The translations under genes were made by a program, and so were the position numbers. 64,000 nucleotides of DNA from positions 186,001 to 250,000 of the IMG/VR virus record IMGVR_UViG_3300044796_000657. The stretch is one strand, 5' to 3'. Positions within the stretch are counted from its first letter, which is position 1. Every line of letters begins with the position of its first letter. Below, one piece after another: positions 1 through 9,773 of this stretch. The notes beneath the pieces were generated by a model. The model did no database searches, was not told where the DNA came from, and saw only the letters and a program-made list of their open reading frames with translations.

Positions 1-147
1 GCGACTAAAATTAACACCGGCAAAAGATCAATTTTTCTAATCATTATTAGACATACCAAAAATTCAATTGAACAACTTAGCGATGCTCTTGATGGACTAC
101 ATCAACAACTTGAAGAAGTATCCAGCTTAATGAACCTACCGATATAA
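1..147 (+). CDS. 3' end of hypothetical protein (partial)
   Basis: Frame 1 open from base 1 to TAA at 145-147, immediately followed by a terminator. Confidence 0.5.
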   Translation, partial: ATKINTGKRSIFLIIIRHTKNSIEQLSDALDGLHQQLEEVSSLMNLPI

Positions 148-174
148 AAAAAGCCCGGCTTAGCCGGGCTTTTT
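146..174. terminator. Bidirectional intrinsic terminator
   Basis: A7-GCCCGGC-TTA-GCCGGGC-T5 between convergent genes. Confidence 0.85.
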
Positions 175-177
175 GCT

Positions 178-321
178 TTACAGTGATTGTAAACAAACAG
201 TAACCGCTGCCAAATAAGCACCGGCACCTGCTGTACAAAATGCTACACGACGACGACAATCAGGAAAAAAGATTTTCCAAATCGGTGTGTAGGTCGTATT
301 ATTAGTTCTCTTACAAATCAT
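178..321 (-). CDS. small hypothetical protein (47 aa)
   Basis: AGGAGG SD 4 nt before ATG at 321; ORF MICKRTNN...CLQSL ends just before terminator; below ORF-track cut-off. Confidence 0.4.
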   Translation of the reverse strand: MICKRTNNTTYTPIWKIFFPDCRRRVAFCTAGAGAYLAAVTVCLQSL

Positions 322-348
322 AAAACCTCCTTGATGACAAGAAGAACC

Positions 349-576
349 TTACTTCTTGTGTTCCATAGCAAGAATCTTTTCGTTTTGCAACGCAATGGTT
401 TGATTCTGCACTTGTACCAATCCATAAGTCCGTTCAAAGCCTACTTTGACACCGAATGCAGCAAGAGCAGCAAATACGCTTTGTACGCCGCCAGAATAAT
501 CGCCACTAACAAACTGATAAACGCTCAATCCAAGCAAACCAACTGCTGGAAGAACAACTTTCCAATCAATAGTCAT
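349..576 (-). CDS. small two-TM membrane protein (holin-like)
   Basis: Two hydrophobic segments, polar/charged C-terminus, 75 aa. Confidence 0.5.
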   Translation of the reverse strand: MTIDWKVVLPAVGLLGLSVYQFVSGDYSGGVQSVFAALAAFGVKVGFERTYGLVQVQNQTIALQNEKILAMEHKK

Positions 577-696
577 AAAAACCCCCCAAAAATGGACACA
601 CTATATATTAGTCTAGTTAACAAGTTCCTTTTTTACTGCTCACACCTTTGGAAATTATACAATTGTAGACTCTCTTAATATTTAAAGGAAAAAGAC

Positions 697-1467
697 ATGG
701 AATATTCGGTAACTTATAAAAAGCTTCAACCTCCCGTGGACATCATTATTCCATTCCACGGACAATATGACCTATTGGGCCAATGCGTAGAATCAATAAT
801 CAAACAAACCTTTGGTCAAATTTATAGCTTAACTCTCGTGGACGACTACTCCGACAATAAAGACTTCTTTACAGACCTTAAAGAACGAAAACTCAAAAAT
901 ACACCCATTCAATTCCTACGACACGATGAACAAAAAGGATTTGGTGCCGCACTCAAAACAGGATTTGACAACACACAAAACGCTTGGGTTTGCTTCCTGC
1001 ACGCCGACTGCAAAATCGTTCGCTCAGATTGGCTCAGCGAACTTATGATAACAATGCAAAGTACCAAAAAAGATGGCGTCAAATTAGTTTCAGCCAAATT
1101 GTCCAATGGCGGTACCGGTGCTTTTGATGCCAATGTCATAGGTAATGTGGACAATAGGCCAGATGTCATTGTTGAAAGTCCTCTTCCAATAGTCTGCACA
1201 CTTGTTAATAGAGAACTTTTCAGTCGCATTGGTGGATTCATCAAGCCGTATCCATATTTCGGATATGAAGACGAGGAATTATTTTGGCGAATGAAGATCA
1301 AAAAATTCAAACAAGCAGTGAGTGGAAAATCTTTTGTAGAACATGCAGGCGGCATTACTGCTCAACAACTCATGAAAGATCACAAAATAGCTGAGACAGT
1401 TAATCTCAATAAAGAAAAATTCAAGACGGACATTGTTAAGTTTGCCAAAGAAAACAATTATAAATGA
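697..1467 (+). CDS. GT2 family glycosyltransferase
   Basis: DIIIP, LVDDYS, GFGAAL..G, FLHAD (DxD-like), GGF, YEDEEL motifs. Confidence 0.85.
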   Translation: MEYSVTYKKLQPPVDIIIPFHGQYDLLGQCVESIIKQTFGQIYSLTLVDDYSDNKDFFTDLKERKLKNTPIQFLRHDEQKGFGAALKTGFDNTQNAWVCFLHADCKIVRSDWLSELMITMQSTKKDGVKLVSAKLSNGGTGAFDANVIGNVDNRPDVIVESPLPIVCTLVNRELFSRIGGFIKPYPYFGYEDEELFWRMKIKKFKQAVSGKSFVEHAGGITAQQLMKDHKIAETVNLNKEKFKTDIVKFAKENNYK

Positions 1468-2354
1468 AAAAAATAGGCTTCATTGTCAGTGTTTACAACA
1501 AGATTGATGACTTGGCTGCACACTTGGAAATTTTCAAGTACTGCCCATTTGATCATGAAGTCATTGTTGTGTATATGATGGACTTGCCATCGGAATATCA
1601 AAAATTAGTAGATCAATTTCATGCTGTCAGAATTGAAGGTGTTGGGCATTATATAGGGCCATTATTAAGTGCCGTAGCCGGTGTCAGAAAAGCCAACGAA
1701 CTCGGATTGGATTATGTCGTTTACCGAAATGCGGATGACTGGCTGTTTAACTACGGATGGGAAAAACAAAACTTTGATACGATGGCCAAGAAACCTTATA
1801 TTTGTGGTGGATACAACTGGATGAATGTCGGTAGCAATCAAGACGTCACCTTAAATCAAGTGTATTTTGATGTACCAAAATTCATGACCACTGCCGATGA
1901 TGCCGAGAAATACTTCTTGAGATCAAGTCGTGGTTTCTTGTGCGAATTCAAAATGGCTAGATGGGTCAGAAAAACATGTCAAGATATGAATGTGGATTTT
2001 TATCGCCTCAAAGGACGAGAACAATATCCCGGTATAGGTTGGGAAAGCAAAGATATAGTTAAAGCTTACGGACAACAGGTACCAATTGGGTTCTGGGAAA
2101 AACTTAACAAAAACAACAGATATTTCAATGAAGAATGGCAACTCATTGGATCTCACGACAATGCATCAAGATTGGAGTATTGGAAGAGGATAAGAAAGTC
2201 AGTACCATATTTCCAAGAACTTGAAAAGGAGCATCACTTCGCAAGATTCTTAGAAACAGCCAAAGTGAATGAAAAGTGGAACGTAACTGTTAAATCAGAA
2301 CCATTGGCAACAAGTGCCAAAAAACCATCTATTTTCAAACGCAAAATATTCTAA
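1464..2354 (+). CDS. putative glycosyltransferase (GT-A-like)
   Basis: IGFIVSVYN N-terminal strand, NADDW DxD-like motif; ATGA-type overlap with GT2 gene. Confidence 0.55.
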   Translation: MKKIGFIVSVYNKIDDLAAHLEIFKYCPFDHEVIVVYMMDLPSEYQKLVDQFHAVRIEGVGHYIGPLLSAVAGVRKANELGLDYVVYRNADDWLFNYGWEKQNFDTMAKKPYICGGYNWMNVGSNQDVTLNQVYFDVPKFMTTADDAEKYFLRSSRGFLCEFKMARWVRKTCQDMNVDFYRLKGREQYPGIGWESKDIVKAYGQQVPIGFWEKLNKNNRYFNEEWQLIGSHDNASRLEYWKRIRKSVPYFQELEKEHHFARFLETAKVNEKWNVTVKSEPLATSAKKPSIFKRKIF

Positions 2355-3055
2355 TGTTGCTTCCTTATAACAAAAACAAACTGTGGTTTACAATAGTTGG
2401 TACAGGACGATGTGGAACCGTGTATTTCGCTAAACTCCTGACAGCAATAGGATTGCCGTGTGGTCATGAAAGAATGTTTGGACCTGAGGGGCTAGAACAT
2501 GCTTTGAAATTTAACACAAACAATAGCGATGTATCACAACACTCTGGTCTCGTCAATAAGGGAAATTACTTTGTAGCCGAATCATCATATATGGCAGTTC
2601 CTTATTTGGAGCATAGTATTCTTAATGATACGACGGTTATTCACGCAATTAGAAACCCTATCAAAGTCATTTTATCGTTTCATAATAAATTACAATATTG
2701 GCACTCTGCACACTTGAATCGTTGGGAAACCTTCATCCAAAACTTTGTTGATGTCGGCAATGGCAGTCCATTAGATAAATGTTGTAAATATGTTGTTGAT
2801 TGGAATAAAAACATAGAGCTTTGTCAAAAAAAACGATACCTGCGAATTAAACTAGAAGATGGCACCGAACCACTTTTGAATTTTTTGAAATACAAAAAGC
2901 CAATCAATTTGCCACCAAGCAACACATTTGAAGAGTGGGAACATCGCAAGCCACCACTCGCCCAACCAGCAAATGCCGAAGATGTAATGAATAGTCGCTA
3001 TGGTAACGATGTCAAAAAACTAATGTTAGATTATGGGTACGAACATGAAGTATGA
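2354..3055 (+). CDS. sulfotransferase-family protein
   Basis: IVGTGRCGT 5'-PSB loop, HE, HAIRNP..VI.S 3'-PB motif. Confidence 0.75.
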   Translation: MLLPYNKNKLWFTIVGTGRCGTVYFAKLLTAIGLPCGHERMFGPEGLEHALKFNTNNSDVSQHSGLVNKGNYFVAESSYMAVPYLEHSILNDTTVIHAIRNPIKVILSFHNKLQYWHSAHLNRWETFIQNFVDVGNGSPLDKCCKYVVDWNKNIELCQKKRYLRIKLEDGTEPLLNFLKYKKPINLPPSNTFEEWEHRKPPLAQPANAEDVMNSRYGNDVKKLMLDYGYEHEV

Positions 3056-4121
3056 TTTTTTGATTGTTGGTTCGGGAATCTTCGGAGCGGTCTTTTCTCA
3101 GCAAGTTCGTGAAAAAGGATACACCGCTCTTATCATCGAAAAGTCTGCACACATAGCGGGAAATTGTTACACCAAGAAGGTTGAAGGCATTGACGTTCAT
3201 GTTCATGGGCCTCATATCTTCAATACTAATAGCGAAAGAATATGGGACTATGCCAACAAGTTCTCAAAATTCAAACAATATACACACAGAGTAAAAGCTA
3301 ATTACGAAGGGCATCTTTACTCCATTCCCATTAATATGATGACCCTTCATCAAATTTACGGCGTCACGACCCCCGCCGAGGGTGCCGAAGTCCTGAATAA
3401 AGTTAAAATTCCAATTAACAATCCAACCAACCTTGAAGATTGGTGTTTGTCACAGATTGGCAAAGAACTGTACGAATTACTTATTAAAGGTTATACCCAA
3501 AAACAGTGGGGTAGAAATTGTCGTGATCTACCAACAGGTATCATTCGCCGATTGCCAATCAGATTAACTTATGATGACAAGTACCATGAATCGCTTTATA
3601 CAGGTCAACCGGAAAATGGATATACAGAATGGATTCAGAATATCATTGGCGATTGTCCTGTCGAAATAGGCACAGATTTTTTTAAGTTAAATTGGGCAAA
3701 ATACGCATCTAAGTTGGTTTACAGTGGCCCCATTGACGAATTTTACGATTACCACTTTGGAAAACTCGAATATCGCACTTTGAGATTTGAAGAAAAGGTA
3801 CTCAATGGTGATTATCAAGGCATGGCTCAAATGAACTACACAAACGTCGAAGTGCCATATACTCGCATTACTGAACATAAGCATTTCAATTTTAAGAACC
3901 AACCAAAAACAGTGGTGACGTTTGAATACCCCTCTGAGTGGCAACAAGGCTCTCAGCCATATTACCCAATAGGTGATGAAAAAAACAATGCCGTCTATGC
4001 GAAATATCATTCGCTGATTGACCACAAAACCATTATAGGCGGAAGGCTTGGATCGTATCGCTATATGGATATGGATGCCGTTATAGCATCAGCGATAAAA
4101 AAATCCGAAGAATTTAGTTGA
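3045..4121 (+). CDS. glf: UDP-galactopyranose mutase
   Basis: IVGSGIFG FAD motif, GPHIFNT, YTQKQWG, YTRITEHKHF, PYYP, GRLGSYRYMDMD. Confidence 0.95.
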   Translation: MKYDFLIVGSGIFGAVFSQQVREKGYTALIIEKSAHIAGNCYTKKVEGIDVHVHGPHIFNTNSERIWDYANKFSKFKQYTHRVKANYEGHLYSIPINMMTLHQIYGVTTPAEGAEVLNKVKIPINNPTNLEDWCLSQIGKELYELLIKGYTQKQWGRNCRDLPTGIIRRLPIRLTYDDKYHESLYTGQPENGYTEWIQNIIGDCPVEIGTDFFKLNWAKYASKLVYSGPIDEFYDYHFGKLEYRTLRFEEKVLNGDYQGMAQMNYTNVEVPYTRITEHKHFNFKNQPKTVVTFEYPSEWQQGSQPYYPIGDEKNNAVYAKYHSLIDHKTIIGGRLGSYRYMDMDAVIASAIKKSEEFS

Positions 4122-4146
4122 CGTTTCCGATTTGAGGCTATATCAT
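4118..4146 (+). promoter_or_regulatory. sigma70-type promoter
   Basis: TTGACG-17 nt-TATCAT upstream of the 4219 gene. Confidence 0.6.
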
Positions 4147-4218
4147 CTACTTCGTTGGCAAGATTGCCGACTGCGACCGGTCGAGGATACCGGCGAAATT
4201 TCTTCAAGGAGAGACAGA

Positions 4219-4545
4219 ATGAAACGCTTTTTCACGTTGGCATTGGTGGCTTTCGCCGCAATCGTCGGGGCATCGGACGCCAAGGCTTTCGGCCTTCGGG
4301 GCAAGTGTAGCGGCAGCAAGTGCGGCACGACCTGTAGCAAGCCCGCAACCACCTGTAGCAGCGCCAGCGGTTGTTCCAGTGGTGTTCAAGTCGCCTCGTA
4401 CACGACCGCTTCCTACACAACTTCCGCCCCGACCGCCATGCCCACGGCAAGCACGACCAACCTGCAGCCCAACACCGTGTACATCACGGACGCCAACGGC
4501 AAGCTCATGATCGCCCCGGCGAACATGCAAAAAACCACCAAGTAA
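4219..4545 (+). CDS. secreted Cys/Ser/Thr-rich small protein
   Basis: AAGGAG SD, Sec signal peptide ending A-K-A, Cys-rich low-complexity region, GC-rich codon usage. Confidence 0.75.
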   Translation: MKRFFTLALVAFAAIVGASDAKAFGLRGKCSGSKCGTTCSKPATTCSSASGCSSGVQVASYTTASYTTSAPTAMPTASTTNLQPNTVYITDANGKLMIAPANMQKTTK

Positions 4546-4566
4546 CCCTCGGTGGCTTCCAATGAC

Positions 4567-4593
4567 AAAACGGCCCGGAAATCCGGGCCGTTT
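4567..4593. terminator. Bidirectional terminator
   Basis: AAAA-CGGCCCGGA-AA-TCCGGGCCG-TTT between convergent genes. Confidence 0.8.
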
Positions 4594-4597
4594 CTAT

Positions 4598-7570
4598 TTA
4601 ATGAGTAACAGAAACACGGAACTTCAAAATCTCTTGTCCACACTTCAATCGCACATGATGATCGCCAACCTTGGTAGCCTTGAACCGGAAAGAGTCAAAA
4701 TCCGTTTGTGAGGAACCAAAGAAGTCTACCCCGGTATCAAACTCCCCTATCGTCCAACGACTTATCAATCGTGTATCATCACCGGCGTACCTTATCTTCG
4801 GCCTAACTCTTGCTTGGAATTCACACCCCAATTTAACATCCACTACGCTATCGTTGTCAACATCAAAGCATTTATTGTTCATTTTGATGGGAATAAGCGT
4901 AGCCGTTTCCACAGCAGGCAACTTCACGTAAATGTACAGACGACGACGAACCCGATGGGTGTTGTCCTCCATCCCATTATCGCTAGGCACATGGATCTTA
5001 TTATAGGTTTCGTACAATAAGGTGGCTACTTGAATAGCCGGTGATGCCGTCACCTGTGATATTTGCTTCAGGGTTTCGGTCAAATCGCCATTAAAAGTTG
5101 CTGCCAACGGCTTGAAGAACATACAACCTTTAAGGTGTGTCGGTTGATCTTTAACAAACCACGGCCTCATACGATCAAGACACGGTGAATCCTTCAGCTT
5201 CCGCCACAACTCCAAAGGTATAGAGTTTTCTACCAATCTCAACGACCAGTCATTAGGCCAATTCTTGTCAACGGGTGGCCCCTTAATGTAGAGTGTTGAA
5301 GTTTCATCAAGAACTATACACTCTTCATGCTTCCAAGTAGGAAGGAATTCATACTTACTACCCGCCGCTTCATGCCGTACGATGGAAGAAACCAATCTCT
5401 GCGGTGAGATAGGTTGATAAATCGGCTCTACGGTTTCACCCTTCTTGACATGCAACATGATGACTTTGGTGCCACCGCTACATGTGATTTGTATAGCGCC
5501 AGCCGGATATGTTCCCGGTTCATCTGGCAACTCACCCATCTTAATCTTGAAACGAGCTTCTTGACGATATTTAACTGTTGACAATTGCCAAATCTTATTA
5601 ACGTCCAAGATCGGCTTGATTTCACCAACCTGCAAGGGCGTAATAGTCCATAATTCCCCGGCAACTTTCTCTTTAACAGCGCCTTCAAAGGCATCAGCCG
5701 GTTCCGACAAGCGGATAATAACATTTTGCTCAGGCAAGATAGTCACATCTTGCATGTGAATTGGATTGTACAAAATTACGTCTTCACTACTCGCCACTGT
5801 CGTAGTCATCGGGGTGGAAGGGGATGAAGTTCCCGAAGCTTTTGTATGGAATAATGGGCGGGTAACACTCGTTGTTGCAGACTTTTTTTTAGACATATCA
5901 ATGCCATAGTAGTCGTGATCATAGTTGTAAATGCTCACCGCTTTATGCAACTTAACTTCCGACAACTTCTTTGTAAAAGCGTGGCCTTCCAATGTCGCCA
6001 AAGGAATTTCTTCGATGACGACCTTGGACTTTTTGGGCATACTGTAATAACCGATGCCTTGCTTCCAATGATTGCCGCCATGCGAAGACGAAGCAGTAGT
6101 CGCACCAGAATAAACCGAATAGGTGGACGTAGAGGAGGTAGAGGTTGAAATTGGCTTCAAGTACTCTACTTCTTTTGTGAACCAAAAGGCAATACGTCTT
6201 TGACTCTGCTCTAAATTCTTTTTAGGTGGATACGTAAGACGATACGAACCAATCGCCCTTTGAGCAGCATCCAAACTTAAGTTTGCAGTGATGCTGAACC
6301 TTTGGAAGAGGTGACCGTGCTTGGTAATCGGTGTGAGAGTACCGACATTAAGATATTTATCTTGAATGTGTCCGGCATCATAAACGATTTCCCAACGAGC
6401 ATCTTCCGGCTCATCGGGCCAATAGACATGGGGAACCGCTATCTCAAAAGTGTGATTGTTGAGACCGTTGTGAAAATCAATGCTTTCATGTAAAGCAGGG
6501 TTCGTCATCGAACTCTTAGCATTATCTTTAAAGCGTTCCAATGCTTTGTTGCGCAACGCCACCGGATCAGACAATTCCATTACCGGCTCCTCAATGATGT
6601 TGTCACGCTTGCCATGAAGTGACAGCATAACAATCATCGGGCGAGTAATCAACTGGTTACCACGCCGACCCGTAAATATCATACGTGAAATGGCATAAGT
6701 GCCACTCTTGATACCTTGCGCAGTTCTTTGACTTGCCTTAGAAAATGAAAACCAAAAATGATGCTCACGAACCGGAGTCGGCTTCGGGCGAATTTCGGCC
6801 CTTATTTCTTCGGATAGGTTGAAGTTAAGTGGCGGATTATGACGACGCAAAATTGTTTGCCCGCCAATAACACCACCATCACTTTGATCCTTATCAATCC
6901 AATAGTGTCCCGCTTGAACAAGGAAGACACCTTTCCCGTCAATCTCATGATCTTCCATGACCACGCTCCACTGATCGGGCGATTCAGTTACGCCTTCAGG
7001 AGCAGGTTCCCAATCTTCACAAAACACAACTTCCAATGTGCGGTGAGGCTCAATTTTGATAACATTGGTATTGGGGTTGATGACAGTTAATACGTCTGGC
7101 CGGGCTGTGCTTCTGCCCGGTGGCGTAGTATACAACATGACCGCTCCACCCGACAACGAGCAGATGGCTTTTTGAGGATGTTCATTCCCTTTTAATTCGT
7201 AATGGATTTCACCCAAACATATTTCTGAAACACTAATCCATGATTCAATATCATAGATTTGGGCAAATTCATAAACTTCTTGATTTTTCTTATTAAAAGA
7301 TTTCCCAATTAGTGTTAAGTATGGCGAAGTGGTGGTGAAATCCCAATACGCACCTTCGCTAACATTGCTGGCACTTCTGGGGTTATCCAGAACAATGCGC
7401 AATCCTTGGCGTGGAAAAAGACGTACAGTATGCGCAACCCCCGGATTCACGACCCGTTGAGGATTCGCCGTCTTCTTCTTGGCGGATTTCTTTTTCCGAA
7501 TTTTCATTGGCATCGCTGTCGCCGTTAAGAGTGCGAGGTTAAATAGAAATTCAAAAGTTTTGTCTGTCAT
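4598..7570 (-). CDS. large multi-domain protein with repeated Ig/chagasin-like beta-sandwich units
   Basis: Recurring hhNP..x..h.h.P...h.h.h units; C-terminal VDVKLG.EF...W...FRFKATKVG..HVRL pattern; ATGA overlap fixes start at 7570. Confidence 0.6.
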   Translation of the reverse strand: MTDKTFEFLFNLALLTATAMPMKIRKKKSAKKKTANPQRVVNPGVAHTVRLFPRQGLRIVLDNPRSASNVSEGAYWDFTTTSPYLTLIGKSFNKKNQEVYEFAQIYDIESWISVSEICLGEIHYELKGNEHPQKAICSLSGGAVMLYTTPPGRSTARPDVLTVINPNTNVIKIEPHRTLEVVFCEDWEPAPEGVTESPDQWSVVMEDHEIDGKGVFLVQAGHYWIDKDQSDGGVIGGQTILRRHNPPLNFNLSEEIRAEIRPKPTPVREHHFWFSFSKASQRTAQGIKSGTYAISRMIFTGRRGNQLITRPMIVMLSLHGKRDNIIEEPVMELSDPVALRNKALERFKDNAKSSMTNPALHESIDFHNGLNNHTFEIAVPHVYWPDEPEDARWEIVYDAGHIQDKYLNVGTLTPITKHGHLFQRFSITANLSLDAAQRAIGSYRLTYPPKKNLEQSQRRIAFWFTKEVEYLKPISTSTSSTSTYSVYSGATTASSSHGGNHWKQGIGYYSMPKKSKVVIEEIPLATLEGHAFTKKLSEVKLHKAVSIYNYDHDYYGIDMSKKKSATTSVTRPLFHTKASGTSSPSTPMTTTVASSEDVILYNPIHMQDVTILPEQNVIIRLSEPADAFEGAVKEKVAGELWTITPLQVGEIKPILDVNKIWQLSTVKYRQEARFKIKMGELPDEPGTYPAGAIQITCSGGTKVIMLHVKKGETVEPIYQPISPQRLVSSIVRHEAAGSKYEFLPTWKHEECIVLDETSTLYIKGPPVDKNWPNDWSLRLVENSIPLELWRKLKDSPCLDRMRPWFVKDQPTHLKGCMFFKPLAATFNGDLTETLKQISQVTASPAIQVATLLYETYNKIHVPSDNGMEDNTHRVRRRLYIYVKLPAVETATLIPIKMNNKCFDVDNDSVVDVKLGCEFQARVRPKIRYAGDDTRLISRWTIGEFDTGVDFFGSSQTDFDSFRFKATKVGDHHVRLKCGQEILKFRVSVTH

Positions 7571-8700
7571 GACAAAACCCAAGAACTATCCCCTTTTGTC
7601 AGATAAAAGAAGGGACGACGTTTATCAATCTCAAATCTTCTTTCAAAGTATTCATTTGTTTGATTTGTGTGTACGAGACGAGCCGATAGGTTGTCCGTTA
7701 TCACAATCGGGTGGTACTGATTTTTAGAAAGACGAATGACAAAACCGTCAATGCTCGATGAACAAATCATCGTGTCGCCAACCGGATTCATCAAAATCGG
7801 TCGTCTCGGATCTTTTTCCACCATCGGAATCGTTACGATTTGCTCTGTCGTCTTTTTCTTAGACTTCGTTTTGATGATAATATCTTCAGCCGCTACAGGT
7901 GGCTTTGAGCAATTCAAAAGATGGCAAGATTTCCCAAAATCTGCTCTCTTGTCTTGAATAAGTTTAACACAAGTGTTGTGTACCGGCGGTTTGATAATGA
8001 CTTCCGTACGATCAGTTTCCGTCACTAAGCAGAGCTGCTGCTTGGCAAGCATCGGAATGAAAGTATGTTTGAGCGTAGGCTTAACCGTCAATAATGGCGG
8101 TGATGGCCAATGCAAAGGATGTGTTGGGTGATGAATACAAACAGTAATCAAATCACCCTGTTTGTACATGCTGCCTTTGTGCTTGATAGTCTTAGGCAGA
8201 CAATAAAACTGGATGTAGCACGCAATAGGTTTGGCCGATGGCGATAACTGAATCCGGTGACAAGAGGTAATACGTTGGAATTTTTTGCCGCTAGGATGTC
8301 TTTCGGTTTTAATTAATTCGCAAGTGGCAATTTCTTGACTTGCGAACGGCAACCAAACTTCGTCAGCAATTGGCTCTTGCCCATTGATGAGTACTTGCGA
8401 CTCCATAATGAGGTTAAAGCAATTTGGTTCAAAGTAAAGGGATTCATCAGGGGTGGTATAGAAAACGTTCGGCCAACTCTCAAACTTGTCTTCTGTACGG
8501 ACGACTCTCTTGAGCGGCGAAACTCGTACGTTGGCCATTAGATCGCAATCCATTTCATGGATTTCAACCTTAGATCGAGATGCCTTTTTAAGTGCCTCAT
8601 CGCCTACGACAACGCTACTGTAGCCATTGTGGTGATGATGAGCCATACCGTAGAATGGTGCACTTGCTCGTGCCACTGCCGTTATCATAAGACACTCCAT
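7567..8700 (-). CDS. hypothetical protein, partly similar to downstream large protein
   Basis: TAATG overlap at 8700; shares SKV.I.E and ILMNP-type segments with 4598-7570. Confidence 0.6.
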   Translation of the reverse strand: MECLMITAVARASAPFYGMAHHHHNGYSSVVVGDEALKKASRSKVEIHEMDCDLMANVRVSPLKRVVRTEDKFESWPNVFYTTPDESLYFEPNCFNLIMESQVLINGQEPIADEVWLPFASQEIATCELIKTERHPSGKKFQRITSCHRIQLSPSAKPIACYIQFYCLPKTIKHKGSMYKQGDLITVCIHHPTHPLHWPSPPLLTVKPTLKHTFIPMLAKQQLCLVTETDRTEVIIKPPVHNTCVKLIQDKRADFGKSCHLLNCSKPPVAAEDIIIKTKSKKKTTEQIVTIPMVEKDPRRPILMNPVGDTMICSSSIDGFVIRLSKNQYHPIVITDNLSARLVHTNQTNEYFERRFEIDKRRPFFYLTKGDSSWVLS

Positions 8701-9320
8701 TAATTTGCGACTTCGACTGCCATATCGTTGACGATCTTGGCCAGCCAATCAGCATAATTCTTTTGTTCGATAGCGCCTTTGATATTTTTCCAATAAACGA
8801 ACACTCGTTCGTATTTTTCCCGCAAGTAGTCTTCTACGTCTTTGATCGCAGCAAGCTTGTCAGTTAATGGCGTTTCATCGGAAACCGCCCGATAAACCGT
8901 ATCTTGCATGCGAAACGGCATAAAATGAGCAATCCACGAATCATAGTTGGTAATAAAAATTTCCCAAGCTACCAATATCGCATCTTGACTCGTAACTGCA
9001 TGGTAAAGACCTGCGTGCTTCTTAGACCATTCAATCAAGCCGGGTTCGTACCCTTCCCACTCCCACGTATACTCCTGAATCATCTTACTCTGCTGAGAGA
9101 AATGATTCATATCCGAAGTAGCGTAAAGTGAGGGATTGGCACTAACCACAAAATTGTATTTGGTTGGATGTTGCCCATCTACAATGGAAGCAACGTTAAC
9201 GTGCAGCCAACCCCATTCCGACTTGCCCTTTGCACGCAAAATCAAATTGGCTCTGTCTACGTATTGAACGAGAGGTGCCTTAACCTTTTTCCGCTTCCAA
9301 TATTCTTCGTGTAAGTTCAT
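8700..9320 (-). CDS. hypothetical protein
   Basis: 206-aa ORF translationally coupled on both sides. Confidence 0.65.
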   Translation of the reverse strand: MNLHEEYWKRKKVKAPLVQYVDRANLILRAKGKSEWGWLHVNVASIVDGQHPTKYNFVVSANPSLYATSDMNHFSQQSKMIQEYTWEWEGYEPGLIEWSKKHAGLYHAVTSQDAILVAWEIFITNYDSWIAHFMPFRMQDTVYRAVSDETPLTDKLAAIKDVEDYLREKYERVFVYWKNIKGAIEQKNYADWLAKIVNDMAVEVAN

Positions 9321-9541
9321 GCGTCACCTTTTCTCTGGCAAGTTTTCCATCGGCGAGCAGAATAATCCCACTCAACCGGATAAGCCTTTGGGAACGTATC
9401 CAAAATATCAAACAAATCGCCCGGCGTTCTTGCTTTTTCCATAGATCGCAGAAACATCACCGAATGAATGCTTGGATATTTTTCCTTTAACTTTTGTATC
9501 ACACGTGCTTCCATAATATCGTGTGCCGATTCACTAATCAA
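9317..9541 (-). CDS. hypothetical protein
   Basis: Coupled ORF in minus-strand operon. Confidence 0.55.
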   Translation of the reverse strand: MISESAHDIMEARVIQKLKEKYPSIHSVMFLRSMEKARTPGDLFDILDTFPKAYPVEWDYSARRWKTCQRKGDA

Positions 9542-9548
9542 TGTTACC

Positions 9549-9773
9549 TCAATTCCTAGATGGATTGGTGTACGTCATGAGCATTGGCTCTACCTTGACT
9601 ACCTTGTTCTGTTGAGCAGTCCAGAGAGCAAAATCTCCATACATCAGGCCATCGTAATAACCGTTCTTTAGAAAATTATCAAAAAGGCTATTCTTTTTCT
9701 TTTTGGGATAAGTCAATTCAATGACTTCAGCCTCACAGCAAGGCGAAGAGTTCATGGGATTCATATGACTCAC
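9549..9773 (-). CDS. hypothetical protein
   Basis: Fills gap in operon; start uncertain. Confidence 0.45.
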   Translation of the reverse strand: MSHMNPMNSSPCCEAEVIELTYPKKKKNSLFDNFLKNGYYDGLMYGDFALWTAQQNKVVKVEPMLMTYTNPSRN

